NCBI GenBank assembly: GCA_013115125.1
Contig: JABANN010000175.1
Span: forward strand, 1 to 56,860
Direction: 5' to 3'
DNA length: 56,860 nucleotides
DNA from: Perkinsus olseni
Taxonomy: Eukaryota
Shown: positions 1 through 10,197 of the stretch, in pieces
Layout of the letters: each line of letters begins with the position of its first letter
How positions within the stretch are numbered: the stretch's first letter is position 1
Made by a program: the position numbers and the translations under genes
Notes under the pieces: model-generated
Told to the model about the DNA's origin: nothing
What the model saw: only the letters and a program-made list of their open reading frames with translations
The model's database searches: none

Positions 1-720
1 TTACCATAGCTAAAAGGGTGCACGCATGTACACTGAGATTGGGAGATAGACACAATAAGACATTCCTCTAACATTGACATTCATCCGTCCGCGGAGATGT
101 TTGACCGCCCACTGAGACCGCTCAGTGCTCCTTAGTGAGCACATGCCTTTATTAGTAGCCCGGATGTAGACAGGAAAGTGTATTGTTATAGATATCATCT
201 GAAGAGAATAAGCTCAAGTACCAAACCTTACACGGATATTAGGCACTGGTACGGTCGGAACCTGTACCGGACCATGACATACGCGATTAAACAATGCAAT
301 AGTCTCGACGACAAAACTAGCGTCGAGTGATTCAATGGCTTTGCCTGGGATACTTTCTGTAATCCCCTCGGTCGCTTCCCAAATCAGAGCAAAGAGAAGG
401 ACGAGGACTTGACAGTTACATGCCGTCGAGACGCCAATGAAGATAGACACGCTCCCTGGCACCACGGACGGCCGACTGTCCAACGACGTGACAACGACGT
501 CACGATCGATTCCCACATCGTCTGTAGATAGGCTTTTCGAACTGGAATAGCAGTTTGTCTAGCAGGGTGCCTTCAGTATTCTAAGTTTCGTATTCAGTCT
601 TCAGTTGTCTTCAGTAGTTTCGGAGTCGAGCAGGCGATAGTTGTTGTGCACGTGACTTGTGGACTCCGACTGGATGCTTTTACTTGTTCGAGGCTGCTCT
701 TAGTTCAACGCATTCTTAAG

Positions 721-830
721 TTAACAAACAGCTCGGAACTGGGCGAACAAAGGAAATCCGACTGCTAAAGCGGAACGAAGCATCGTGACGGAGTGAAGAG
801 GTGCTGGCGCGATGTGGTTTCCAGTGCTCT
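721..830 (+). pseudogene. Divergent LSU (28S) rRNA fragment
   Basis: TTAACAAACAGCTCGGAACTGGGCGAACAAAGGAAATCCGACTG...GCATCGTGACGG...GCGCGATGTGGTTTCCAGTGCTCT follows the conserved eukaryotic LSU block AGAACTGGTACGGACAAGGGGAATCTGACTG...GCATTGCGATGG...CGCAATGTGATTTCTGCCCAGTGCTCT (recalled consensus). Only about 110 nt, so not a full rRNA gene. Confidence 0.75.
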
Positions 831-842
831 CAGACCACTGTT

Positions 843-1068
843 CTGCGCGCAGGCTGCCTCCCTCGTGGCAGCCCTTTCTCAGGCTCTCACACCGGAGTCG
901 ATCCCTAATTCCCCGTTACCCTGCAAAACCACAGAAGACTCAACCCCCGCCCGTCGTAGCTGATGATAGGTCACCCCACCGGTCGTAGCTGATGATAGGT
1001 CACCCCACCGGTCGTAGCTGATGATAGGTCAGATTTGAATGGTCCATCGCCGGACAAGCCGTACGAAT
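843..1068 (-). pseudogene. Divergent SSU (18S) rRNA fragment with internal tandem duplication
   Basis: The minus strand reads GGCGATGGACCATTCAAATCTGACCTATCA...GGGTAACGGGGAATTAGGGATCGACTCCGG...GAGCCTGAGAAAGGGCTGCCAC...GGAGGCAGCCTGCGCGCA. This matches the conserved 18S 5'-domain segment GGTAACGGGGAATTAGGGTTCGATTCCGGAGAGGGAGCCTGAGAAACGGCTACCAC...GGCAGCAGGCGCGCA. Confidence 0.85.
953..1031. repeat. 29-bp tandem repeat x2.7 (GTCGTAGCTGATGATAGGTCACCCCACCG)
   Basis: Exact copies at 953-981 and 982-1010, partial copy at 1011-1031. Lies inside the SSU fragment. Confidence 0.95.
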
Positions 1069-1820
1069 CACCAACAAGGACTAGGCGGAGACATCGCTGT
1101 GAAAACGCTGACGGCGAATCGCATAACCGACACTTCAATATGTTCTAGTGTTTGGTGGCTGCCAAATTGGTCAGCGATGAGTACTTCAATATTTCGGAGG
1201 ACGCATTATATCGCGAGATCTAAGACTCTGTGCCTGAGTCCAGACTGCTGTGATGCTGTTGCCTTCGTTGCTGTGATGTCTCGACCATGAGGACCGTACA
1301 GTCTAGTTGCGTGTTGCTACATTTTTATAGGTCACCGACGTGATCTATTTCCACTAGCGAATTCATTTCGGTATACCCAAGTACAGCCTCTCGGCGCAGT
1401 CTATGGTCCTGTGTTAGACACAGTCGGATGGTGACTTTTCAAGAGCATCTACAATGTAGATGACATCTACGGCTAGCGCAAGCACATTTAGTAGATGACC
1501 CCGCGCTCACCTGAAGACGGTGTCCCAAAAGGGGTCTCGATTAATTGTCTCTATTGCTGTCTCCCAGTGCTCTTCCTACAGACGTCTTTATGTTATGGTA
1601 TCAGCATAGTGATAGTCCTGCTTGTGAGGTGCCACAAGTTTCACGTTCTGTGCCCAGACGATCTTCCATTATTATTCCAGTCGATGGGTCCAAGAACGGT
1701 CGGAATGCCGCTCCATTGCTATGATTAGTGGCGCAAAGTGCATACGTGCGACTTGGTCCGCATAGAGTGACGCGAGCGATTTTGGTATAGCTGGAAATGG
1801 GGCAAAATTTGTCCGGCAAA

Positions 1821-1877
1821 TCACCACAAGCGTTGAGAGGTCACCACAAGCATGGAGAGATCACCACAAGCGTTGAG
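1821..1877. repeat. 20-bp tandem repeat x3 (TCACCACAAGCGTTGAGAGG-like)
   Basis: Units start at 1821, 1841 and 1861, about 200 bp upstream of secreted-protein paralog 1. Confidence 0.9.
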
Positions 1878-2083
1878 TTAAACTATGTGATATAGTCTAT
1901 ATCGCCCATCAGAGGAATCAGCAGGCGTTCACGGTATCGATGGAGTTTGTTCGACAACGTCTCAAGTCGCCTTAATACACACGGTATAGTTCTACCGCCG
2001 CCGGACGCGACCACCGGTCTTATCGTTGACCTGATCGTCCCGTTCGTTCTCTCGCATGTAATTTGGCGTCCCCTTCCCCAACA

Positions 2084-2857
2084 ATGACCTTCCGTCTCGT
2101 CGCCTATCTCTCTATCGCCTCACTGGTGACTGCTTTCCGCCAGGTAGACTACGGTACCTTCATCTATGACGTCAAGGAGCCGCATCCGTTCAAGTTGACA
2201 TTCACCACCACTCACGACCATTATGGTCTGCTCTCCATACAATGTGGGAAAAAAGCATTCCGAGATAATTGGTTGAAGCTGACTGTACCCGGAGGCGACA
2301 TCTACGACCCAACACTGAATGAGTTCCCAGACACTGAATATGGGAAGATGTTACACCAGCGTTGGGTTCGCCTTGCTCGAGAAACATGTCCTCAACTCCA
2401 ATTCTATGATAGCGATTTGGAATACTTCTTCGTTAACAAAGCAGGTGATGCAGTGACGCAAATTGGAGGTGGAGAAGTTTCCGTTCCGCGGCAGTGGTAC
2501 CCACTGATACCAGGGAGATACTGGTCCGAGCCTTCGACATCATCATTCAGGCTGAAGTTAGACGTTCACCCCGATGGGACCACTTATGTGGTACTCGGCT
2601 GCAAAGACGGTGACACCGGTGGTCATGAGAGATTTCGTCTTGTGAAGAAGGACGATGATGAGCGTTACGAACTGACGACCTTCCCGGGCCATTCTACGGT
2701 GGAAGAACTCCTCGACAGTTTCAAGCAGGCTTGTCCTGATCTCTGGAACCCAAGGTACGCGGAACAACTTAAGAACATGGGGTTCGCTAACTACGATGCT
2801 GTGTACGTCTGGGGATATTTCGGCCGAGATCGCCTTCACAGGCAACCTATTAGGTAG
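2084..2857 (+). CDS. Secreted protein of unknown family, paralog 1 (257 aa, intronless)
   Basis: Signal-peptide-like N-terminus MTFRLVAYLSIASLVTA after CAACA-ATG. Colinear with 10198-10971 and 7879-8598. Confidence 0.85.
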   Translation: MTFRLVAYLSIASLVTAFRQVDYGTFIYDVKEPHPFKLTFTTTHDHYGLLSIQCGKKAFRDNWLKLTVPGGDIYDPTLNEFPDTEYGKMLHQRWVRLARETCPQLQFYDSDLEYFFVNKAGDAVTQIGGGEVSVPRQWYPLIPGRYWSEPSTSSFRLKLDVHPDGTTYVVLGCKDGDTGGHERFRLVKKDDDERYELTTFPGHSTVEELLDSFKQACPDLWNPRYAEQLKNMGFANYDAVYVWGYFGRDRLHRQPIR

Positions 2858-4257
2858 CTTCTCTGTGATGATTCTTTCGCTGCATCTAGCGCAGAATAGC
2901 GCCACCTTTCTGGCTTTTTTTGAGAAGATTTCCGTGCTGAGGCGGCTGTACTTCGTGTTAACTCCGATGGCGCGCACGGCTTGCTAGTGAAGCTCGACCG
3001 CCAGTATTGGATCAGCTCAGCTGATTCTTTTTTTTTACGTACCCCAATAAGCTGCGGGGAACTCGCGAACCCGCTTACTTTTTCATTGTTATTATTATTC
3101 TTATTGATATTCTTACCAATCTCTCATTATTATTTTTATTATTTCGGTCAGACTTATGGACTAATATGACATTATCATCAGATTCCAGCATCCTCATTTC
3201 TTAATGAATGACTCCGATTCTCCAACGGGTATTGAGTTGTCACTGCAAGGTCCGCACTTGAGCCCAAAGATGCTCCAGAGGGGAATCCTACGAACAGTAG
3301 GCCTCGCTAAGCATTAAACTGTTGAATACGTTGTGCCACTCGGATGTTCCTGTGCGTCAGTGCGCGTAGTCGCAGGTAGTACAGTACGTATGCGCATCGT
3401 TACACTCGTGAGAAGAACATCACCATGTGAATAGGCCTCTACCTCACGGCCAATTGTTGCGTAGACAGTGCCGAACGGCCAACCGTTTGTATAGCATAGG
3501 TGTTAAGACCCAGAAACGCCGATGTAACTAGAATCAAGGTCAAGGTTAGAACCAGAAAAAAGGTAGGAGTTTGCCACAGTTAGCACGGGGTTAACTAGAT
3601 GAACTAGTCGAACTATCGTGACTCGTGCCACCTTGGCGCAAGTTCGTAGTGTGCCTACAGAACTCAACACTTCTTCGAGCGCATGACTCACACATCGAAA
3701 TCCCTTCAATCAGCTCCGGGACTCAGTTCCCGCGCCCGAACTATCCGCTAAAGTAAGGAAGCCAACTGCGGGGCGGAAATGAGAAGCTCATTATCCTGAG
3801 CTGTTGTCACAACACTGTTGTCAGGCCCATCGCATCAGCACTCCACAGCAGGCTATCGTAATTGCTTGTGTAGGAAGTGAGCGCCACAACCTAACGAGCA
3901 CTGTTGTCTACGCCCGAGCGTACCTCTTGGGCACCCATATCAGAAAAAGCCTTCTTATTCTACGCGGTCACGGCGTGCGAGTTACACATTCTCTTTATGC
4001 GCACGGTTACTCACAGTGGAGAACAAAAACTAGCGGGTTTCCTTCGCTGCCAACGCAAAGCCCACATTGATACAGAAAATCATACGCGAGAAAGGGCCAT
4101 AGCAGTATTCTCATACCGTGGTCACGACTCACGCATGCAGCTTTAAACAATGAGATACCATGCATCCACTACTTCCCACCAGACTTGCTACGAGGAAGTA
4201 TTGACCACACGGCCGAGTGAAATCAATGAGTACACGACAACGTGAGCGCCATGCTAG

Positions 4258-5050
4258 TTACGCCGCACCATCACCACCATCCTGATCAGATGTCCAAAGA
4301 GTCAAATTGTCTCTAAGGAGCTGCATGATGAGAGTGGAGTCCTTGTAGCTATCCTCGCTGACATTATCCAGCTCAGCAATGGCGTCTTCGAATGCCGTCC
4401 TCGCCATCTTACAAGCCTCGTCAGGCTGATTCAAAACCTCGTAGTAGAAAACGGAGAAGTTGAGGGCAAGACCGAGCCTGATCGGATGAGTTACCAACAA
4501 ATCAGATTGGGCCGTAGCAGAAGCATCCTTGTATGCCTGGTGAGCGTTCTCAGCAGCAGTGCTCTTGCCCTCGCCCGAGTTGAATTCGGCGATGTAGCGA
4601 TAGTAGTCGCCTTTCATCTTATAATAGAAGACCTTAGACTCCCCGCTCTGCGAGCTCGGAATGAGGTACTTGTCGAGAAGCTGCAGTATGGTGTCGCAGA
4701 TCTCCTGGAGCTCGGCTTCGACCTTCTCTCTGTAACCTTTAGCGATCTCCGAGTTCGAATTGTTACCCTTAGATGACTCCTTCTGTTCGACCGACGAGAT
4801 AATACGCCACGATGCGCGACGGGAGCCAACCGCGTTCTTGTAGGCAACCGACAAGAGGTTGCGCTCCTGAGATGAAGAGGAAGCACGAGGAACAGCGCAT
4901 GAAAGCCCAAAGTAATGGAGATCTTACCTCAACTGTTAGCTCTTTACCATCCTCCGCGACCATTTTCATGTACTTGGCCATCTCATCGTAGCGCTCAGCT
5001 TGCTCAGCCAATTTGGCGAAGTAAACGTTCTTCTCGCGCTCATCAGCCAT
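4258..5050 (-). CDS. 14-3-3 protein, copy 1 (exons 5050-4928 and 4866-4258; 243 aa)
   Basis: [68 protein letters not shown]. 61-nt GT-AG phase-0 intron. Confidence 0.98.
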
Positions 5051-5687
5051 GATTGGTTCTGCTCAAATCAACACCGAGACGAGCTACTGAAATGCAGTCG
5101 AGCCCGAACGTCAAACCGAAGTAACTAGTGCCGTAACACGTCGATGGACTACTGAGTCGTCGAAATTTCTCGCGCTGCGTCCCACAAGCTTCAAATGAAA
5201 CGGCTGGAATCCTGAAAATGTCGCGCGCCTCACAAACAAATCGTTCTGTACTTGTAAGCCAAGCACAGCATAAAAATGCTCAGCAGGTGAGAAGAACTTG
5301 TGAATAAAGTTTTCTTACACCAACCGCAACAGTTGAGTGGTTCATAGTCAAGTGTCCCTCGGAAATCAGACCCTCATAAGGCGGACCCATGTCGTTTGAT
5401 TCAGACTGAATCATCCAATGATTGAAGGGAGATCGAACAAGCACGGCATAAACAGGGCGGCGGAGGCCCCTTGGCAGACGATGTAGTCGATGCTAATGAA
5501 AACACTCGCAGCAGAAGACGTCTAACTGGCCCCTCCCCTGCCCCTACTAATCAAACTCAACGCCAAACCTTGTATATTTGAGAATGAATCAGCATCGGTT
5601 TAGTTCTAATGATTAGTCAAACAGCACCGCATCGTTATAGATGATAACCGCCACTTAAAGACCTCAACAGCACGTCGACAATCCGCC

Positions 5688-6578
5688 CTATTGCGCAGCA
5701 TCGGCTGCGCCGTCCTGATCAGATGTCCAAAGAGTCAAATTGTCTCTAAGGAGCTGCATGATGAGAGTGGAGTCCTTGTAGCTATCCTCGCTGACATTAT
5801 CCAGCTCAGCAATGGCGTCTTCGAATGCCGTCCTCGCCATCTTACAAGCCTCGTCAGGCTGATTCAAAACCTCGTAGTAGAAAACGGAGAAGTTGAGGGC
5901 AAGACCGAGCCTTATCGGATGAGTGACCGGCAGACCGGATTGGGCAATGGCAGTAGCATCCTTATACGCCTGATGCGCAGCTTCAGAGGCATTGCTCTTG
6001 CCCTCACCCGAGTTGAATTCAGCAATATAACGGTTGTAATCCCCCTTCATCTTATAATAGAAGACCTTCGATTCATCGGTTTGAGAGTGCGGTATGAGAC
6101 TCTTTTCCAACAATGTGAGAATAGTGTCGCAAATGCCCTGGAGCTCGGCCTCGATCTTCTCCCTGTAACTCTTAGCGATCTCGGCATTGCTGGTGTTGCC
6201 TTTGGAGGCCTCCTTCTGCTCGACAGATGATACAATCCTCCAGGAGGCACGTCGAGACCCAACAGCGTTCTTGTAGGCAACCGACAAGAGATTGCGCTCC
6301 TAAAAAGCAACGCGATGGCAAACAGAGCCTCTCACTCCGCGACCTGCAGAGTAATAAGTCACAGTGGACACTACAGAATCACGCAAAACAAAACGCACAA
6401 CAGCCATAAACAACCTAGTTACGTTACAAACCGCACTGCAGCATGCTGGGCTTACTTCCACGCTCAGCTCGGCGTTAGTCTCCGCAACGGCCTTCATGAA
6501 AGATGCCATCTCGTCGTAGCGCTCAGCCTGCTCGGCGAGCTTTGAGAGATACACGTTTTTCTCACGTTCGTCAGCCAT
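5688..6578 (-). CDS. 14-3-3 protein, copy 2 (exons 6578-6456 and 6299-5688; 244 aa)
   Basis: Same 14-3-3 signatures. 156-nt GT-AG intron at the same position. Confidence 0.98.
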
Positions 6579-7050
6579 GATAAGTAGAGTAGTACTTTTT
6601 TATGTAGCAGTGATGGATACGCAGGACGCTTATGTGCATGCGTACGAGCATGTAGGAGCCGTGAGAGTTCAAGATTGCAAGTGAGGATTTGCTAGACCAT
6701 GAGTCAAGCAAACAATTCGTTAGTAGTCAGTCGGACGCACACCACCTGGATTTCCTTTCTAGTGTCGGCGACACTGTGTCGCTCTTCATTACGGCATATT
6801 ACTTAGCCAATGTTATAGAGCAACGAAGTAGCAAAAGACCTTGTCCCGCGATCACCTTAGAATTGCAGTGTCACGACCCGGCCCGGCTTAGTTAGCTCGT
6901 CTCTCGCCGATTTGTGCTGTTGTGAGGCATATGAATACAATGCAATGGTATCAGATGGCTCGTCGACGGCTTAGCTCCAGGATTTCACTCAACTGAGATA
7001 CTTCATTCTCCAGCCAGGATTCGCTCACCGACCCGAGGGGATGTGCGCAT

Positions 7051-7120
7051 AACCATCTAGCGAGACTCGAGCCGAGTCTCGCGAGATGGTTTGAACTGAG
7101 CCGAGTCAATCGGCTCAGTT
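7051..7120. other. Two adjacent inverted repeats (19-bp stem with 1 mismatch; 11-bp perfect stem)
   Basis: AACCATCTAGCGAGACTCG-agc-CGAGTCTCGCGAGATGGTT (7051-7091) and AACTGAGCCGA-gtcaa-TCGGCTCAGTT (7094-7120). Confidence 0.9.
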
Positions 7121-7878
7121 GAATCAAAAAATCTTCTGTCGAGAATTTGATCGGGGACATATTCACGTCTGCTTGGGTGAATTCCACTCCCGCTGAGCCT
7201 CCTGTGGAAAGGGTGCTACCATAAACACAGGGGTTCAAACATTGTACCGCGTAACATAAGGATACAGGAACAATGCTCTCATTCCAGGATGGGCTGAATC
7301 CAGAGGAATCTAATCGCGAGGCCTGACGACAGCTAACTGGGCTAGCTTCACCCTCGTGTCGCTCACGAGTTGTCTCCTTATTTCAGCCGTCTTCTACCGA
7401 TATCTGCTTCGATTGGTGTTGGTAGGCCTTCACCGTCTGCACACCTGCTCGAGTACTCGTAAGGAATCACCCGGCGACCTCCAATGGCAAGTATGTAAGC
7501 ATATCGCGTTGCTGCTAAAGTAACCATAAGCAATAGCAGTAGACAGCGGTCTCCACCGACGTCACGATCGATTCCCATATAGCTATGGGTGACCACACCC
7601 CGTCACGGGGCTATTCGTTGCAATTATGTCTCACTGGGGGGCATCGGCCCTAGGACTTCAGTCATCTTGTCATGCCTAGTATTGCTCTGAAGACGTCGAT
7701 AATGTTAAGGAGGTCCTGCGGTGGTGAATTCGCTTCACTCGACTACATCTCAGACGGTCGTAGTCCAGTATAGCTGTTCTGCAGCTACAGTGTATGCGGC
7801 CGCTGCGAATCTCCACATTCATTTGGTCGTCTCGCTCGTACTTCTCAGCCTGTAGCTTCATGAAACCCGTTTTCAACA

Positions 7879-8598
7879 ATGGCTATCCCCCTTGTCGTCT
7901 ATCTTTCCATTGCCTCCCTTGTCACTGCTTTCACCCACGTGGACTACGGTAACTTCGTCTACGAGACCAAGGGCCGACACGCCATTAAGTTGGTTCTCAA
8001 CACGACCCATGATGGTTATGGTCTCTTCTATATAGAATGTGGTCGTAGACGTTTTCAAGGGGATTGGTTCCCGCTCACCGTGGTTGAGCATGACCCGCAC
8101 CTCGTAGTACTTCATGAATTCCCTAATGAGAAGGCTACCCTCCATAAGTATTGGCTCCAGTGCGCTCGTGCTACATGTCCGAAACTGGAATTCCGAGAGT
8201 TAGATTTCCTAGAGTTCATGGTCGACAACGTAGGTGATGCACGAACTGACGTAGGAGGTAAAGAAGTTATTTTGAAACGACAATGGTTACCACTGATCCC
8301 GGGGAGGTACTGGTCTGACGAGTCCGTATCAGAGTTCAAACAGCAGTTTGACGTTCACCCGGACGGATTCGTTTATGTCAACATCGGAGGTGTCGCCTCG
8401 AGAGAAAGAAAGGCAGCGATCGCTTCGAGTTGACAACCATTCCGGGCCGTTACACGGTGGAAGATCTCCTCGAAAGTTTCAAGGAAGTCTGCCCTGCTCT
8501 CTTGCCTCCCGTTTTTAACCGTTTTCGAGAGCAATTGAAGAATATTGGATGCCTTGAGGAACTATGGTAGCGAACGTCTTTACAGGCGTAGTTTGTAA
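7879..8598 (+). pseudogene. Secreted protein paralog 2, disrupted by two frameshifting deletions
   Basis: Homologous up to NIGG (about 8390). It continues in another frame as RLERKKGSDRFELTTIPGRYTVEDLLESFKEVCP, and after a second shift as RNYGSERLYRRSL*. The CKDGDTGG and FANYD segments of the paralogs are missing. Confidence 0.8.
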
Positions 8599-10197
8599 TT
8601 TTTGTGTTGTTTCCAGCACGGGCATGCTACGAGCTCTAGCCTAGCCGCTAGGTCCTAGCGCTGCTAAGGCTCGGTCAGCATCGCGCTCGAATATCATCAT
8701 ACGTTAGGGAAGTCAGGTGGGGAAGTCCCCCTTATCTTCTCAGTCATCCCACATGGATGACATTCTCATGGGTTGTGATCAGCCTCGAAGGACCTACTTA
8801 ACTCTACCAACGATACTTAATGGTGATCTACCATTCGGTTTCAGAGATATTGCCTGCTTTGGTTCCAGTGATATGGGTAACTGCGCTCGGCTGACCTCGA
8901 CCAGCTACCGACGTAACGATACGCAGCTGATACGTAGTTCTTGGTTTAACGTGAAGCTACATGGCCCGTACACTGCTGACTGGAACTCGAAAAGTTCGAA
9001 CTCGTATTTGTAACTCGCTCGCAACTACACTGTGGTCTGCAGGACGCCGACGAACCAGTGCCGAATTTGGCGATGCAAAAGGCAACCGTAGAACTTCAGT
9101 CAATGTGGTGCGCGTATCCCACGACTTCCACAATGATAGAGGGCTCTCCTCGCACTATTTCCAGGTGGTAACACTTCTAGCTCTACCAGTCTTCGGACTG
9201 TGAGCGGAGAGCGAGTCGCACGTTGACTCCAGCCCTAAACTAGTTGGTCTTCATATCGACCCCCACTTGTGGTAATGCTCTTCCTTGATCGTCATCGTGC
9301 GCAGTTTTCCATTCAAGAACTGCCCCAGCAAAGGATAGAATGATCCCTTGAGAACGTGGATAGCGCTCCGCGACCTGGCCTCAGCGAAGAACTCACCTCG
9401 GTAGTTCCCCATCGATTGAACGAATAGACAAGATTATAGGCTGATACCCCGTCGACGCTCGATGCCGCAAGATTATGAGTCGCCGGGTTTCTCTGGCGTC
9501 ACCAACAGTAAGATATAACAAGCAGTTCACACCAGTGAGTGGCTCCAGGTTTCGTGCCTGCTCGCCTGCGGCGTCTTGTGATGTGTCGAGGGATCGCGAG
9601 ACCCGTAAAGAGTTCCCATCAGAGACCGCGGTCTTTGACATCGACATGAGTTAAGAAACTTATTACATGAGAATGGCTCAGATGATCGCTATGCCTCATG
9701 TCACTTGAGAGATGTCTCTTCATCCTATCCGTCACGCGCCGAAATTTACTGTGAACGATACCCGCTGAACATCTGCAGACCTGCCCGAGTACTCGTAAGC
9801 AACCGCCAGGTAATTTCCTACAGCCTGTATGTAAGAAGTTGCATTGTTGCTAGACCAACTGTAGACATGAAGAGTAGACAGCCGAATGTCCGCCGGTGTC
9901 ACGAAGCATTGCCATGTACTGTAGCTGCGGGTGACGCCACCGTGTCACTAGGTTGTTCATTGCCATCCTCTCTTCGGCTACTCGCGCTACTGCTAGGAGC
10001 TTCGATCACCTCTTCCCGTTTATTTCTGTTTTGAAAAGATTTGCAGTATTGTCGGTATCGATTCGGCAGCATCTCCGGCTCGCGTAGTCCGGTTTCATTA
10101 TACCAGGGCTCACCGCGACGAACGCGAGTCTCGTCGTGGAGCTGATCTTCTCGTTCGTTATCTCTCTACAGGCCGTTTAGTGTTGCCTTCCCCAACA

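Noticed and set aside
110-142. Overlapping small hairpins (CACTGAG/CTCAGTG and GTGCTC/GAGCAC)
   Set aside because: Stems of only 6-7 bp with no other support; plausible by chance.
953-1877. Short direct repeats as a CRISPR array
   Set aside because: The units are head-to-tail with no unique spacers, the context is eukaryotic and there are no cas genes.
3501-3669. Solo-LTR candidate TGTTAAG...CTCAACA
   Set aside because: No target-site duplication and no second copy in the window.
8700-9650. Possible gene or transposon between secreted paralogs 2 and 3
   Set aside because: Some splice-like signals are present, but no coherent frame or recognisable domain.
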